Positions 48,828-61,540 of a stretch of 64,000 nucleotides of DNA are shown here, piece after piece. The translations under genes and the position numbers were made by a program. Numbering within the stretch: the first letter of the stretch is position 1; the number at the start of each line of letters is the position of its first letter. The notes below the pieces were generated by a model. It was not told the DNA's origin, did not search any database, and worked only from the letters and a program-made list of their open reading frames with translations. Source of the stretch: Octopus bimaculoides (Eukaryota); the NCBI RefSeq assembly GCF_001194135.2, contig NC_068981.1, positions 55,446,450 through 55,510,449 of the forward strand. Reading direction: 5' to 3'.

Positions 48828-49150
48828 GTGAAGGTACATGACTTAGTGGTTAGGGTATTCAACTCATGATCATAAGGTCATGAGTTCAATTCCCAGTAGC
48901 ACATTGTGTCCTTAAGTTAGACACTTTATTTCATGTTGCTCCAGTTCACTCAACTGGCAAAAAATGAATAGTACCTGTATTTCAAAGGGCCAGCCTTGTC
49001 ATATTCTGCATCATGTTGAATCTCCCTGAGAACTATGTTAAGGGTATGCATGTCTATGGCATACTCAGCTATTTGCATGTTAATTTCATAAGCAGGATGT
49101 TCCATGAATCAGATCAACTGGAACACTTATCATAGCTAACAGATTGCCAG
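48828..49150 (+). mobile_element. Hybrid SINE (E-like head, B-like 3' half), CpG-decayed
   Basis: TTAGTGGTTAGGGTATTC...GAGTTCAATTCCC...TTTCAAAGGGCCAGCCTTGTC...GATCAACTGGAAC. Confidence 0.8.
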
Positions 49151-49189
49151 TTTTTATTATTATTTTTAGGCCAAGTGGCTGAGTTCCTT

Positions 49190-49510
49190 TCTAGTGTTGG
49201 GCCTCATGGAAGCAATGACCAAGATTTTTGACATTATGTTTTGCTTGAAAAGAAGACCCAACAAGCCAAGCAAAATTGCTGTCATGGCAAATACTAGTGT
49301 CACACAAATGGCACCAGTGCTGATGGCATGTAAAAGCACCTATTACACTTTTAGAGTGGTTGGTGTTAGGAAGAGCATCCAGCTGTAGAAAACCATGCCA
49401 AATCAGACTGGAGCCTGGCGCAGTTTTCCAGCATGGCAACCCAGTCGAACTGTCCAACCCATACCAGCATGGACAATGGACGTTAAATGATGATGATGAT
49501 GATGATGATT
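49190..49510 (+). mobile_element. RTE 3' end with (GAT)n tail
   Basis: GLMEAMT.. then GGAAGAGCATCCAGCTGTAGAAA...GGACGTTAAATGATGATGAT. Confidence 0.8.
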
Positions 49511-50275
49511 CCACACATATTTATCCCCACAACATAATTCTCAAGCAGACTTATTGTGGACACAGTGCTGCAAGGCCTGTAAAGTACAGATGCAATCCAG
49601 CTGATGGGATGCCACAGTCTCATCTACACAGTTTCACTCTCAAAGTATTTTTCAAGTTATTGGTAGAAGTAAAAAGATGCCTAGCAGTGGGATTGAACTC
49701 AAGACCTTGTGATTGTAATAGAAGTCATTCCAATAATCCACTGTGTCTGTGTGTTTGTGCATGCACACATGAGTTCTAGTAATGTTAACACTTCATGAAA
49801 AGTAGGCACATAGAAGCTGTAGTGATACTACTGTAGATTTTGTGTCCATATAGATTAACTGAAGCAAACTAGCTTTGGGATACTTTCATCATTCTTCAAA
49901 TCTTACCTCTGAGAAGAGTTGAATTACACACTGCAAGCTGAGATATCTGTCAATTTCCCTTTTGTTTCTGTCATGTTGTATTTATTAAATATCTGGATAG
50001 GCTATTCTCTTTGAGAGTTAATATGTGATGGACATAATAAAGTGTTAGTAATAGAATACAAAGTTTAAGCTCTCCGTTGGTCCTTTGGTCACATGGTATT
50101 TCAAAAATAAAAAAATAACCCATAATTAAGTTATGTCATCAAGAAATCAAATTAATGGAACCTATCTTTCACCAAACTATGTCTGTGGTTTGATATTACA
50201 GTTATGAGAAGCAATTAAAAATTGAAAGGAAGCAACTCAAGTGTGAATCCAATTGGCATTGCAGATTCTGCTTAC

Positions 50276-50309
50276 CAGGAGTCTTATTGTAACAATACAG
50301 ATCTTGCAC
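50276..50309 (-). CDS. Candidate 34-nt micro-exon (VQDLYCYNKTP, phase 0 to 1)
   Basis: Acceptor gtactttgctgcag|G, donor CTG|gtaagc. Confidence 0.35.
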
Positions 50310-50762
50310 CTGCAGCAAAGTACAATTCTAATATTCTGTAACCCTTACTTATTTTGTTAACCATTCTGCATTTCCTTTCCCATTATAGTAAGGTTGGGTT
50401 GTTATACAAAATTACACATGTTGGCATTGATTTTAGTATAGTTCTTCCTGTTTTCTATTTTCATCATCTTTCTAAGCCCTCATCATCTTCTTTTTTCCTT
50501 TTCCGCCTCCACCTTTTCTTCCTCAACCTCTGCCTCTTCCTCTGCCTCTTCCTCCTCCTCAACTTCCTTATGCTTTCTTCTTTCTCTCTTCCCCAGTCTT
50601 CTTCGTTCTTATTCACAAATGTGAATACATGTCAATATAATGTATAGTAACTTTGGCAGTGTTTTGTATACCAAGTTTGTGCCTTTTATATGGCTAATCG
50701 CTCCTCCAAACCAATCCTAATTGAAATATGTAAGAGCATAAAGAGAATATTGTTAGTAAATA

Positions 50763-50955
50763 TAGGTGCAGGTGTGGCTATGTGGTAAGAAGTTTGCTTC
50801 CCAACTGCATGGTTCCGGGTTCTGTTCCACTGTATGGTGCTTTAGCTAAATGTCTTCTACTAAAGCCTCAAGGTAACTAAAGTATTGTGCATGGATTTCA
50901 GTATCATGGATTTACTCGTTTCAGCCATGTGTCTGTGGTCATGCTGGAGCACCAT
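50763..50955 (+). mobile_element. SINE family A 5' half plus a short inverted 3' piece
   Basis: GGTGCAGGTGTGGCTATGTGGTAAGAAG head; TTTCAGCCATGTGTCTGTGGTCATGCTGGAGCACC in reverse orientation. Confidence 0.65.
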
Positions 50956-51300
50956 CATCATCATCATCGTTTAACGTTTACTTTCCATGCTGGCATGGGT
51001 TGGACAGTTTTGACAGGAGCTGGCTAGGCAGAGGTCTGCACACTGTTTTTATCGCATGTTTTTTACAGCTGGATGCCCTTCCTAACACTAACTACACCAC
51101 AGAGTGGACTGAGTGCTTTTTTACATGGCACCAGCACTGGCAGGGTCACCAAGTATCTTGCAAAACAAAGATCTTTTGAGAGGGGATGTGACATTGGAGG
51201 AGGTGATCTTGTGCCAGATGATGAAAGTTACAGTGTGACAGAGACAGAAATAGGTATCTTGCTGTAGAGGAGATACATAGTTAATCAGTCTGAGGGATAG
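50955..51300 (-). mobile_element. RTE-associated 3' tail fragment
   Basis: CATCATCGTTTAACGTTTACTTTCCATGCTGGC... Confidence 0.75.
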
Positions 51301-51474
51301 AGCAAGAGGAAGAGAGACAGTGGAATATATTTAATTTTCTTACACAAGAATGTTGTTGACAGTGACTTCAGTGTTTTGGCCAGCTCAGCCAGCATCAGAT
51401 GATGGCTTAGCTGGCCAGAACTTCACAGTCATTGTCAATAACATTCTTGTATATCATCATCACCATCATCATCA

Positions 51475-52561
51475 TCACTATTGTTTAACATCTGTTTTCC
51501 ATGCTGGCATGGGTTGGACGGTTTGACTGAGGACTGGCAAGTCAGGAGGCTGCATTGGGCTCCAACCTGATCTGGCAAGGTTTCTACAGCTGGATGCCCT
51601 ACCTAACATCATCCACTCTGAGAGTGTAGTGGGTGCTCTTTACGTTCTACTGGCATGGAGTCCAGTCAGGCAGCACTGGCATCGACCAGGCTTAAATAGT
51701 GCTTTTTACATGCCACCAGCACAGGAGGCACTGGCATCAACTACGCTCAGATGGTGCTTTTTACGTGTCACTGGCACTGGCATTGGCCATGCTCAAATGG
51801 TGCTTTTTACATGCCACTGGCACAGGTGCCAGTCAGGTGGCACAACTATGATTTCACTTCATTCAACAAGTTTTCTCAAGTACAATATATTGCCCAACAA
51901 TTGAAGGGTGCTTTTAAACAGGCCAGTTATGTGACACTGGCATCGGCCTGCGATCTCATTTGGCTTGACAGGTCTTCTCAAACACAGCATATCTCCAAAG
52001 GTCTCACTCACTTGTCATTGCCTCTGTAACACCCAACGTTTGAAAGTCATGCTTCACCACCTCATCCCATGTCTTCCTGGGTCTACCTCTTCCGCAAGTT
52101 CCCTCTACTGTTAGGACATGGCTGAAGGGCAAAGGCTGAGATAATGATTGTTAATCCATGTTGCAGCACTAGTTTAAGCTTAAATTTTCTATCACTGACT
52201 CTGGCTACCTTGATTACCTTATCAACTCATTTCTCCACAAGGAGTATACTCACATCCCTCCCCCCGCTTCATTGTTCCCTACCCAGAAAATCTTATATCT
52301 ATGTTCTTTTCCTGTGAGGAACCTAACAGAATTTCCTCTCCACCTTACCTTTTGGATGCAGCACAAATCTACACATCTTTGTTCAAGCATCTCAACAATC
52401 TCACCAAACCGACCTTTCAATGTGCGAACATTAAGTGTGCCAACTCTGAGGGTGTGGAAGGTGTGGTCCAGTAAGACCCTGAAATAGGGGACAGCAGCAT
52501 TATGCATCTGAAAAGAAAGCTCGCATTTGGCAGATCTCGTAAACATACAAATAACCTTCAA
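51475..52561 (-). mobile_element. RTE LINE: APE N-terminus juxtaposed to C-terminus and 3' UTR
   Basis: LRVGTLNVRTLKGRFGEIVEMLEQRCVDLCCIQKVRWRG (52250-52561) about 150 bp from GRGRPRKTWDEVVKHD (~52100). Confidence 0.85.
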
Positions 52562-52729
52562 CCTACATACACTACACCATCATTTTATTAGCTACATAGT
52601 CATTACATTCAACAAAAATAAATTTGTACTCTGCAAAAAGAATAGGATAACCAGTGTTGATTTGCTCAACTAAACCTGCCATGGTTGTGCCCTAGCATGG
52701 CCACAGTCTAATGACTAAAACATACATAC

Positions 52730-52792
<63 letters not shown>

Positions 52793-53084
52793 NNNNNNNN
52801 NNNNNNNNNNNNNNNNNNNNNNNNNNNNNNNNNNNNNNNNNNNNNNNNNNNNNNNNNNNNNNNNNNNNNNNNNNNNNNNNNNNNNNNTGTTACATATATA
52901 TATATATATATATGTAAAAGTTTTTTTATTCTGCACAAGAAAATGTTTTATGACACATGGGTATTAATCAATTAAATTTTTCCAGTTCTCATAAAAAAGG
53001 AACACAAAGTCAACCACTGCAGGATTTGAAATCAGGAAAGTGAAGTGTTATGGCAAAGTAATACTGCTCTTCTATCTCTGCTAT

Positions 53085-53320
53085 ATTTACCACCATTTAG
53101 TTATAAAATATTGGTTTCAAGTTTTTACACAACGCCATCAATTTCAAGAGAGGGGGTAAGCCAATTACCTCAATCCCAGAACTCAGCTGGTACTTGTTTT
53201 ATCCACCCCAGAAGAATGAAAGTTGACCTCAGCAGAATTTGAATTCAGAACATAAAGACAAACAAAATACCACTAAACATTTTCCCCAGTGCAGTAACAA
53301 TTCTACCAGCTCACAGCTTT
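53085..53320 (-). mobile_element. SINE family D
   Basis: AAGTTGACCTCAGCAGAATTTGAATTCAGAAC core. Confidence 0.75.
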
Positions 53321-54236
53321 ATTTGGTTATAAAATATTAAAAAATTGCTAATCTCTCAAGAAATAATAATCATAATAGAATGGTCTTGTAATTTTCTATA
53401 ATAAGAACCCTGGATAAAAATGATGTAACGGTTTAAACAATATCTTATATGTAAGTGAACCAAGCCTGTCTACACATGACTTGCTTCAAGTTTGGTCAAA
53501 AATAGACTTCAGTAAAAGCCTTATTAACTGTGTCTTGCTCTCTTATGTTATAATTCTATTCTGTTTGATTCTGTTAAGATCTAAACCAGGATAAAATAGA
53601 GATAAGAAAATATTACATATTAATACACTTTTCTGTTTCATTTTGTCCTCAATCCATGCATTATTCTTATAAGGGTGTGTCTTGGTAATTTAGATCTTTA
53701 GATGTTACTTTTTGTCCTTTCTTGTTTACTTAAAAATTACCCATTTTAGAGGCTGGGTGATTTCTCCAGTGATGCTTGACTTTCATGATAATAAATCCTT
53801 GATATATTACCAAAGAATGGCAATGTAGTCTGACTTGCAGACAAGATTTACTGCTTATATTTTTGTCTCTGTTATCCATTCAGTAAACAAAAAAAATTTG
53901 TTTCGTTAATTTTGGTGGAGACTTTTTCTAGCATGACAATTGTTGCAGAAAATTAGTATTGGGCTTTTTATCATGATACCACAATAGAACTGTTATTTAG
54001 TACTGAAGAACACACAGTGCTTTGCTCCAGTTTTTTTATACTGTGCATTCCAGTTAAATATTATCTTTGTTGTTTCTTTAGGAACAAGAAAAAACTACAT
54101 TTTTTTTATACTTATGTATGTAATTGTAAATGTTAGATCTGATCTTAAACCATAAAATTTAAATTAGACTCAGAACCATTCCATTAGCTTAAAAGGTTGA
54201 CTTCTTACTCTAGATTTTGTAGTAAAATAAGATATA

Positions 54237-54453
54237 CAAGGGGGTGTTGAAAAGTTCCTAGCTTTAAGGGTATCATGAAAGGCCTGACTAGAGGCCCAAC
54301 CTTCCAAGTTCTTTTATAGGGCTTAAAAAACTGAAGGATCACTGCAATAAGTATGTGAATCTGACAGGGGAATATGTTGAATGGAATTATAATTAACTGA
54401 TCCCCCTTCTATTTTCTTTTATCCAAAACCAGGAACTTTTCAGCACCTGCTCA
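54237..54453 (+). mobile_element. Mariner-derived MITE (217 bp)
   Basis: TA|CAAGGGGGTGTTGAAAAGTTCCT ... AGGAACTTTTCAGCACCTGCTCA|TA; retains transposase end GLKKLKDHCNKYVNLTGEYVE. Confidence 0.82.
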
Positions 54454-54462
54454 TATATTAAA

Positions 54463-54780
54463 TAGTGCATCATGGACAAATGGTTAAGAAGTTTGCTTTA
54501 TAATCACAAGGTCTTGGGTTTGAATCACTGCATGACATTTTGGGCAGGCAGGTGTCTTTTACCACAATCTTAGGTCAACCCAAGTCTTGAGAGTAAAATT
54601 TAGTTGACAAAATCTGTGCAGAAGCCTATCAGATGGATTATAACTATAATTCAAAGGTACAGACTTATCACACCGTGTCTTATTGATTCTGTCTGAGAAT
54701 TATATTAAGGCTCTGTGGAATATTCAGCCACTAACATACTAATTCAATTAGCAGAATGTGATTCAGATGATGAATATTCA
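54463..54780 (+). mobile_element. Diverged hybrid SINE
   Basis: A-like head (GGTTAAGAAGTTTGC, CAGGTGTCTTT) followed by B-like ATAATTCAAAGGTACAGAC...ATTCAGCCACT. Confidence 0.55.
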
Positions 54781-55512
54781 TCAGAACCAACATATACACA
54801 CACATGTGCATGCATGCACACAGGAGCACAAGCACACTCACATACACATACATGGGGCCAACTTAAGGCTTAGGCACACTGAGCAGTTGACCAGAGACCT
54901 CACAGGTTCAGGGTCTCAAATCTGATCTATGTATTTTGTGGCTTGCTATCAATAAAAAATATTACAGGGCCAAGTGCATTGATTTTCCTGCTAAGACAGT
55001 CCTGCACATGCACATACACACGCATATGCACATAAGAGAGAAAATGTTCAGACCTTTTCAGACCTGATTTTTAATAGCTAACCATTTTGCTTTACATCCT
55101 CTGTGGTAAATACTTCATTGATTTTACTTAGTTTCTTAATTTTATTGATTATTTGAGCATATACAAAGAAATTTATTTCTATATCAAGAACATCCTAACA
55201 TTTGAGATGTGGTCTTGTCATAGAGACTGTTGTTATTGTGAAGTATTGTCATAAAATTATAGTCTATCATTCAACAGTTTCTAGAAACTTTCTCTATAAC
55301 ATTTATAAAAGAAGAGGTATAGTTGACTGAATTAACTCCAGGATATTTTTATAATATGAGAGAATTTCCCAATGGCATCCTCTGTGTTTGAAGAACAAAT
55401 AGTTAAGTGGAGGCAAACTTCCTCAGTGTATTGAGCCAAATAAGTAAAATAAATAAATAACTAAAATTACGTTCTTAATGAAAAGAGACATCATTAGCAT
55501 TAATGATGACTC

Positions 55513-55735
55513 TTGGCAGTAAGCTGGTAGAATTGTTAGCACACCAAACAAAATGCTTAACAGCATTTTGTCCATCTTCACAATCTGAGTTCAAATTCTG
55601 TTACGGTCAACTTTGCCTTTCATATTTTTGGGGTCGATGAAATAAGTACCAGTTAAGTTCTAGGGTCTATGTAATTGACTTTCCTCTTCCCCTGAAATTT
55701 CAGGCCTTGTGCCGCTTTGTAGAAAGGATTATGAC
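55513..55735 (+). mobile_element. SINE family D
   Basis: GGCAGTAAGCTGGTAGAATTGTTAGC head; TTTGCCTTTCATATTTTTGGGGTCGATGAAATAAGTACC core; GAAAGGATTA tail. Confidence 0.8.
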
Positions 55736-56077
55736 AATTAGTCGATAAGAGCAAGGGAGACAACTCCAAATTAAATGAAGCTGTACCTCAGGGAGTCAAT
55801 TTGATCTTTGGTAGATGTATTGACAGCTCCAGGGTTGTTTCAGTATGATTAGACTGCCTCACAAAGCATAGACTTACCTGTATTTATACACAAAATCTAT
55901 AGAGTGTTGGGTGTTTTATTCTTTTGCCATATTTCGTGTCTCACCATTGAGTCTCATTTGTTTTACAGTAATTGTATCATTGAAGTTACTATTGAATAAT
56001 GTACGTTTATCGATACTGTTCTCAAAAGAATTCTTGATATAGCTTTCTGTTAATAAAATTCTTCAGTCTTCTTTCAA

Positions 56078-56266
56078 ACGGGCATGGTTGTGTGGTTAAA
56101 AGGTTCATTTCACATCAACTTGGTTTCATGTTCAACCTTACTGTATATCACCTTGAGCAAATGACTTTCTCTGCCACCTCTGATCTAGCAAAGCCTTGTG
56201 AGTGGATTTGGTAGACAGAAATTGAAAGAGGTCTTGCACACACATGCACGCACACACACACACGCA

Positions 56267-56297
<31 letters not shown>

Positions 56298-56515
56298 TAT
56301 TATGTGTGTCTCTGTGTTTGTCCCCCACCACGATCACTTGACAACTGCTGTTTGCTTATGTTCCAATAACTTAGTGGCTCTGCAAAGGTGTTTGATAGAA
56401 CAAGTATCAGGCTTAAGAAAAAAAAATACTGATGTTGATTTGTTCAAATAAATCCTTCAAGGCAGTGCTCCAGTATGGCTGTAGTCCAAAGACTGAAACA
56501 AGTAAGAAGTAAAAG
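56078..56515 (+). mobile_element. SINE family A, full length, diverged
   Basis: GGGCATGGTTGTGTGGTTAA head, (CA)n centre, GACTGAAACAAGTAAGAAGTAAAAG tail. Confidence 0.8.
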
Positions 56516-56964
56516 CAGAAAGTTCTAGATCATGTCTTCTGCTCTATTGATAAACATTTTCCAATATTTATTAGTTCTGATCGCAATTCTGATTTCTTTG
56601 AGCCTCTTTTGAAGTTGCTTTTCGATTACCATTAATTGAAAAGAAACTTCTGTTGTTCACGACTTTCAACTGAAGGCTCACCAAATGATGGCAACATTTC
56701 TGTCAAGAATTGCAACCAATAGTTAGTATCAGCAATGTGAAAAACCAATGGAAACTTAGATTCAAGCAGATCAATTACCATCACCACCACCACTGCCACA
56801 ATAAGCACTACTACCACTAACTTTACTATAATTTTTTTATGTTTAGAGCTTTTTCAGTTTCCTATATAGGTCTGTTTTCTTCCATCTTTTATCCTTTCAG
56901 GTTTTATTGATATTATAAGGAAAGGAAAATTATTTAATTGGCATATATTCTTTATATGATTGGA

Positions 56965-57150
56965 TTCAAATTCTGGCACAAGGCCAGCAATTTTGAGGAC
57001 CTCAGTATTCAACTGATACTTATTTTATCAATCCCAACAGGATGAATAGCAAAGTCAACCTCAGCAGAATTTGAACTCAGAACATAAAGACAGATGAAAT
57101 GTCACTAAGTATTTTGCCCAGCATACTAACGATTCTGCCAGCTCACTGCC
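56965..57150 (-). mobile_element. SINE family D
   Basis: AAAGTCAACCTCAGCAGAATTTGAACTCAGAAC. Confidence 0.75.
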
Positions 57151-57899
57151 ATTATTCTTTATATAATTATTAATTAGTATGAATTGTAAACTTGGTGATT
57201 TGATATTATAGTCTGTCTACATAGAAAACCTAGCCTCAAGAGATTTTATTTTGAACATCCTCTAGTTTTGGTTCTCAGTGGTTTCTCATTTATTTTCATA
57301 TATATTTTACATACCTCCTAATGAACTTTCCTTCCCACATATCATGTGTTGTGTGTGTGTGTCTGTGTGTTTTGTAATTTCTGTGGTTATTAAAAATGGT
57401 GACAATAGAGGTTTACATGGAAGGAGATGCTTAGTTGTGATGTTAAAACCTTTCCGATTTTCATCTCAAGATTCAGATCACCCTCAGCTGTGGGTAAATA
57501 TTCTCTTCCTATCCTATCTTATAGGAGATGTTGCTATAGATTTAATCTATTTAGCCTCATCATAACTTCTTTTCACTCAAGTAGGACATCTTGCTTCTCC
57601 TCCACTCTCCCTTTTGGTGGAGAGTAAATGAAACACTACCCATTAGCATTTTCTTTATCCCTTCATACAACTACTTTGCAACTATCAATGAAAAACTGCT
57701 TGATTGTTTTTGCTCATCCCACCACCAACCACCAAAACAAAAATGGCTGGGACTATCTTTTCCAAAGTCTTAGCCGATAGTGCAGACCAAGTGCAGATTT
57801 TCTCATGATTTAACTTAGGTCTACAAGTCAAGAACTAGGTGGGTTTATAGAGAAAAGTCCCCATCCCCAAAATCTTTTGGATCCAAAAAGTAACATCTA

Positions 57900-58075
57900 A
57901 TAGTTGTGTAACCTCGGATCTGTTCTGATTGAGCAGACCTGTTACCAAAAGCCATGACCATGGCATATCTAAGAATACATTAACCAACATGACTTCTCTT
58001 TTTAAAGATGGGACAAGCTATTTGAGGGAGATTTTGCTGCTATTTTTAGCATGTTGGGTAATCATGTATAGGCTC
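57900..58075 (+). mobile_element. Repeat family F copy
   Basis: GAGCAGACCTGTTACCAAAAGCCATGACC...TTTGAGGGAGATTTTGCTGCTATTTTTAGC. Confidence 0.55.
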
Positions 58076-60321
58076 TCTTTTTGGTTTGACACCTGACAAG
58101 TTAGAATACTCTGTACAGTACTCTTTATCAGCACTACTAGGCCAAAATCTTCAGAATGTGTACATAGTCTTCCACCCAAAAGTCCTTCAGTAGAGGCTGT
58201 GCTGTTCTCTTTCATCGTTAGATCAAACTATTTGGAACTTAACTGAGATCATGACTGACACCAACCAGAATAGACTTAGTCTTCCAGGTGCAAAGTCTCT
58301 TGCCTAGTTGTTAGTTTTTAGTCCCTGGTAAACTCTTATTGAACAGATCTTTGACCATACTGTCTTTTTTTTTTTGTTTTCATTTTTTTTTTTTTGCATA
58401 ATATACTCTGGATTTCGTTATCTAATGAGTCCTTCATTTTTGCAGTTGTAATTTTAGGGAGATTTGATTGATGTTTCTTGCTGATTGAGTGGCAACATAG
58501 AGACTTGCAAATCTAGTAATTTGTCTTGGTTCATTTTGTATGAATCAGCACTGATCCTAAAACTGATAAAATAATGATCTTCTACATATTATGTTCATCA
58601 TAAAATAACAGTATGTAGAAGTAAGCTAACAAGCTGAGACACTTCCCAAAATAAATATAGAAATGAAAATATTACAGGTCAAAAATATGTGCAAACATGG
58701 CTAAGAAATTGACTTTGCAATCGCATAGTTCTGGGTTTGATCCTTCTAACACAGCCTTGGTTGATCAATGCCTTATGGGTAAAATTCAGTTGATAAAACT
58801 ATGCCAAAGCCTGTCATATGCATATCTTTTGCTAATGTATATTGGCACAAGATATACTTTTTAATATGTTTCTAGAGAAGAAACATGGGAGCCAATGATG
58901 GCCTTATATATCAGAATAATGGAAGTTAGGTGCATCTGGGCTTAAAATTCTTAAGTTTGTGTCTTGCCTAAATGCATTCGAATCAAGAAAGACACACAGA
59001 GAGGTAGCTGTATTCACAGAAAAAGATTACATGCAATGCTTGGCGATAAAAAAAACACTATATGGAAGTAAGATTATTTCAGAAGAAAATGGCTGTAAAG
59101 TTGGTACAAAAGACTATGAACTGCATTATATGCTGTACAGCAAGCAACCAAAGTACTACTTACTTTAGTGCAAACGATAGCAAAGGAATTTTCTTTGCAC
59201 TTCACTATGATCAGCATAATAAATTTCAGTATGCTAAGGTTAAAAGTTTATTTTATGGCAATAGTTTTAGGTTTTATATTTATAATATTCTACTAATCTC
59301 ATGGTATTAGGTGTCTTGTACTATGAAGCAGGAAGCACACAGATGTTTATCCTTAATTTGACTATTTGTAGATAATGTAATATAGTTAGTGAGTACTTGT
59401 TTAAAAAGACTGGAAGAGCCCTAACAGACTGGGCTGTTCTAAACCTGTGAAAATGTCAGTCAGTGTTTTGGTGCTTTCTGTTTATGAGAAACCAGTTTCT
59501 AAGGTGGTATATAAGAGATTAGTTACTAGTGTTGCCCTGCTTATCAGATACATTAATAATGTTAAAGTTGAAAGAACCTGCTTTCACTGTTTAGGGTTGT
59601 CTTCAATTGTATAGATATATTATGAATAAGATAATATTTAATTGTTTTATGTAGTTTTACTTTTTTTACCATTTGAATAGTGAATTTTCTTATGTCTCCC
59701 CCCATCACACACACACAGAGTATATCTGAAGTATTCTCTCAGTCTGTTGTTGATGGTGTATGCCTCCCGGTCATACATAAACTCTGAAGTCTCTCAATGT
59801 TACATTTTTACTCCATAATAACATTGCTCTTAAAATCTTCAGACCACCTCCTAAACTTTACCTTTATTTTCCACCAATGCTACTAATATTTTCCAAGTTA
59901 AATGTCAATGCACCTAACCGAACCTAACCAATTAACCTATTTGTACACCCCAGTGCGTATCTTGTTGATTGCATGATGACTTTAGCATGTTTTCAAATGT
60001 TATTTATATGCTTATTAGAAATCCTTCCTAATATATGTTAGAAAATATTTATTTCTATACTTTATTGATCATTTTAGTTGTTTATCAATATAGGAACTAA
60101 AGTGAACTTCTTTTAGACATCTGTTTTGTTTTTAAGAACATGGGGTTGTTTTTATTTTTACTTTTTCCTTTCTCTGAAGCTTATCACCATCATGACCATT
60201 GCCACTATCATCATCATCAACATCAGCAGAAACATTTGCAGCATTGCTGTTTTGGTTTAATATACACTTCTCTGTACTGTATTTNNNNNNNNNNNNNNNN
60301 NNNNNNNNNNNNNNNNNNNNN

Positions 60322-60352
<31 letters not shown>

Positions 60353-60373
60353 GTATGTATGTATGTATATATA

Positions 60374-61075
60374 CAGGGTGCAGTGAATATATTATCATCT
60401 AAATTACACAAAAATGAAAATAACACTGACATCTCATTTTAACAGATATATTTATCAAAATTGGATAAAAAATATCTTGAATATCTTGAAATACTAAAGA
60501 GTAAATTTATTCAATAAAATCGCCATTGGCTTCAACCATGGTCTCCAGACGACTTCAGAATCTCCTGCAACTATTCTGGACAGTCTCTTTGTTTAATTTG
60601 GTGAATGCTACCATAATCCTTGCTTTCAGTTCATCTTTGGTGTTACAAGGAGTTTTGTTGGTTTCTCATTCAACTGCACCCTACACTTAATAATCAAGGG
60701 GGTTGCAGTCTAGAGACTTAGGTCGCCAGATGTTAGGGCTGATGTGGTCGCAGAAATTGTCTGACAGCCATGACTGGGTTCTCCTGCTTGTGTTGCATGG
60801 TGCAGAGTCCTGTTGCCAGACATAGGATCTTCCAGAGTAGCACTATCTCCTCCATGCACTTGATGTAAGTTTCCATGTTGAGTCTGAGGCCATGATAGAA
60901 GATTAATGGACTCTGCACCATGCAACACAAGCAGGAGTCGGGATATTGCATTGAAATGTGCATAGGTTATTAAACAAGTTTTACTATGGATTGCGTTATG
61001 GCTCTTATTTAAATTGATATGCACACAAAATTGTCTCATAAACAACTTTTCATGTGAGAATTTTGCTACGTTGAT
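60374..61075 (-). mobile_element. maT/DD37D-type element, second copy (one TIR)
   Basis: TA|CAGGGTGCAGTGAATATATT TIR; reverse-complement match to 15900-16477; HGLRLNMETYIKCMEE. Confidence 0.85.
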
Positions 61076-61124
61076 AACAGGTACAATATTTTTACCATAT
61101 ATTTGGTAGAGATCTAAATATATA

Positions 61125-61540
61125 TATATACTCTTTTACTCTTTTACTTGTTTCAGTCTTTTGACTGTGGCCATGCTGGAGCACCGCCTTTAGTTGAGCA
61201 AATCGACCCCAGGACTTATTCTTTAGAAGCCTAGTACTTATTCTATCGATCTCTTTTGCCAAACCGCTAAGTTACGGGGACATAAACACACCAGCATCGG
61301 TTGTCAAGCGATGTTGGGGGGACAAACATACACATACAAACATATACACACACATACATATATATATACATATATACGACAGGCTTCTTTCAGTTTCCGT
61401 CTACCAAATCCACTCACAAGGCTTTGGTCGGCCCGAGGCTATAGTAGAAGACACTTGCCCAAGATGCCACACAGTGGGACTGAACCCGGGACCATGTGGT
61501 TGGTAAGCTAGCTGCTTACCACACAGCCACTCCTACGCCT
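61125..61540 (-). mobile_element. SINE family A, full length, young
   Basis: CTCTTTTACTCTTTTACTTG tail to ACAGCCACTCCTACGCC head; CpGs largely retained. Confidence 0.92.

Noticed and set aside
50460-50615. Glu/Lys-rich minus-strand frame (KEVEEEEEAEEEAE...)
   Set aside because: Decayed (GAG/GAA) simple repeat bounded by stops, with no splice signals.
56700-56745. FHIADTNYWL as a PIN-domain DTN motif
   Set aside because: A single short motif without the other acidic residues in a credible spacing; insufficient for a call.
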